DNA of 64,000 nt from an uncultured Bacteroidota bacterium (lineage in GTDB: Bacteria; Bacteroidota; Ignavibacteria; Kryptoniales; JAKASW01). A program made the translations under genes and the position numbers. Under the pieces are notes generated by a model. The model did not search any database. It was not told the DNA's origin and saw only the letters and a list, made by a program, of their open reading frames with translations. The stretch lies in assembly GCA_963703215.1 (NCBI GenBank), contig OY969800.1, positions 3,225,483 to 3,289,482 on the forward strand, written 5' to 3'. Numbering within the stretch: the stretch's first letter is position 1; the number at the start of each line of letters is the position of its first letter. Below are positions 63,871 to 64,000 of this stretch, one piece after another.

Positions 63871-64000
63871 CAGCTATTCGTCCTTCGAGTGCCCTCACGA
63901 GCGTCGCTTCATCGGCAAATTCAAGATCGCCGCCGACCGGTACTCCTCGCGCGATCCGGGTCGTTTTGACTCCGAGCGGTTTTAACAAACTAGCAAGGTA
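63863..64000 (-). CDS. recR: recombination protein RecR, C-terminal end (partial, runs off the right window edge)
   Basis: Manual reverse translation gives ...[45 protein letters not shown]. This is the conserved RecR Toprim/C-terminal sequence. Confidence 0.85.
   Translation of the reverse strand, partial: YLASLLKPLGVKTTRIARGVPVGGDLEFADEATLVRALEGRIAVG

Overview
This 64-kb window looks like it comes from an FCB-group bacterium, possibly Ignavibacteria- or Chlorobi-like. The lineage call is an inference from gene content only: PorV/PorQ-type barrels, a BNR protein with a C-terminal sorting domain, a GWxTD protein, DUF2723 and bshA. Most of the window is housekeeping. It includes wecB-rfbB, rpmB, the cluster pgsA-pgpA-cinA-thpR-recA-recX, glnE, hisD-hisC, bshA and tamB. 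It also holds a split hldA/hldC heptose pathway plus a GT9 heptosyltransferase, mazG, murA, ftsX, pheA and the recR 3' end. Regulators include a sigma-54 NtrC-type activator and a large hybrid PAS/GAF histidine kinase. I saw no rRNA, tRNA or CRISPR array. Several genes are broken by single-base frameshifts: pgsA, tamB, an M20 amidohydrolase, a lipoprotein and a RAYT-like transposase. This points to consensus indel errors, real gene decay, or both. Two accessory patches stand out. The first (13.0-15.2 kb) holds a Fic remnant, a Gln/Ser/Ala-rich four-repeat protein with a His7 tract, and an IS200-like Y1 transposase homolog with a destroyed HUH motif. The second is the main candidate for an undescribed system: an ~11.5-kb island (44.8-56.4 kb) lying between a WYL-domain regulator and mazG. 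It contains two tandem paralogous small proteins and an intact patatin-like phospholipase followed closely (46-nt gap) by an unknown C-terminally membrane-anchored protein. It also holds a J-like domain protein that lacks HPD and is translationally coupled to a small ORF with a truncated duplicate 2.3 kb away. The remainder is several membrane or lipoprotein ORFs of unknown function, REP-like GTCGGG..CCCGAC hairpins and a decayed RAYT. No known sensor, ATPase or nuclease module is visible there. Every functional call is my own reading of the translated ORFs; no database search was possible.
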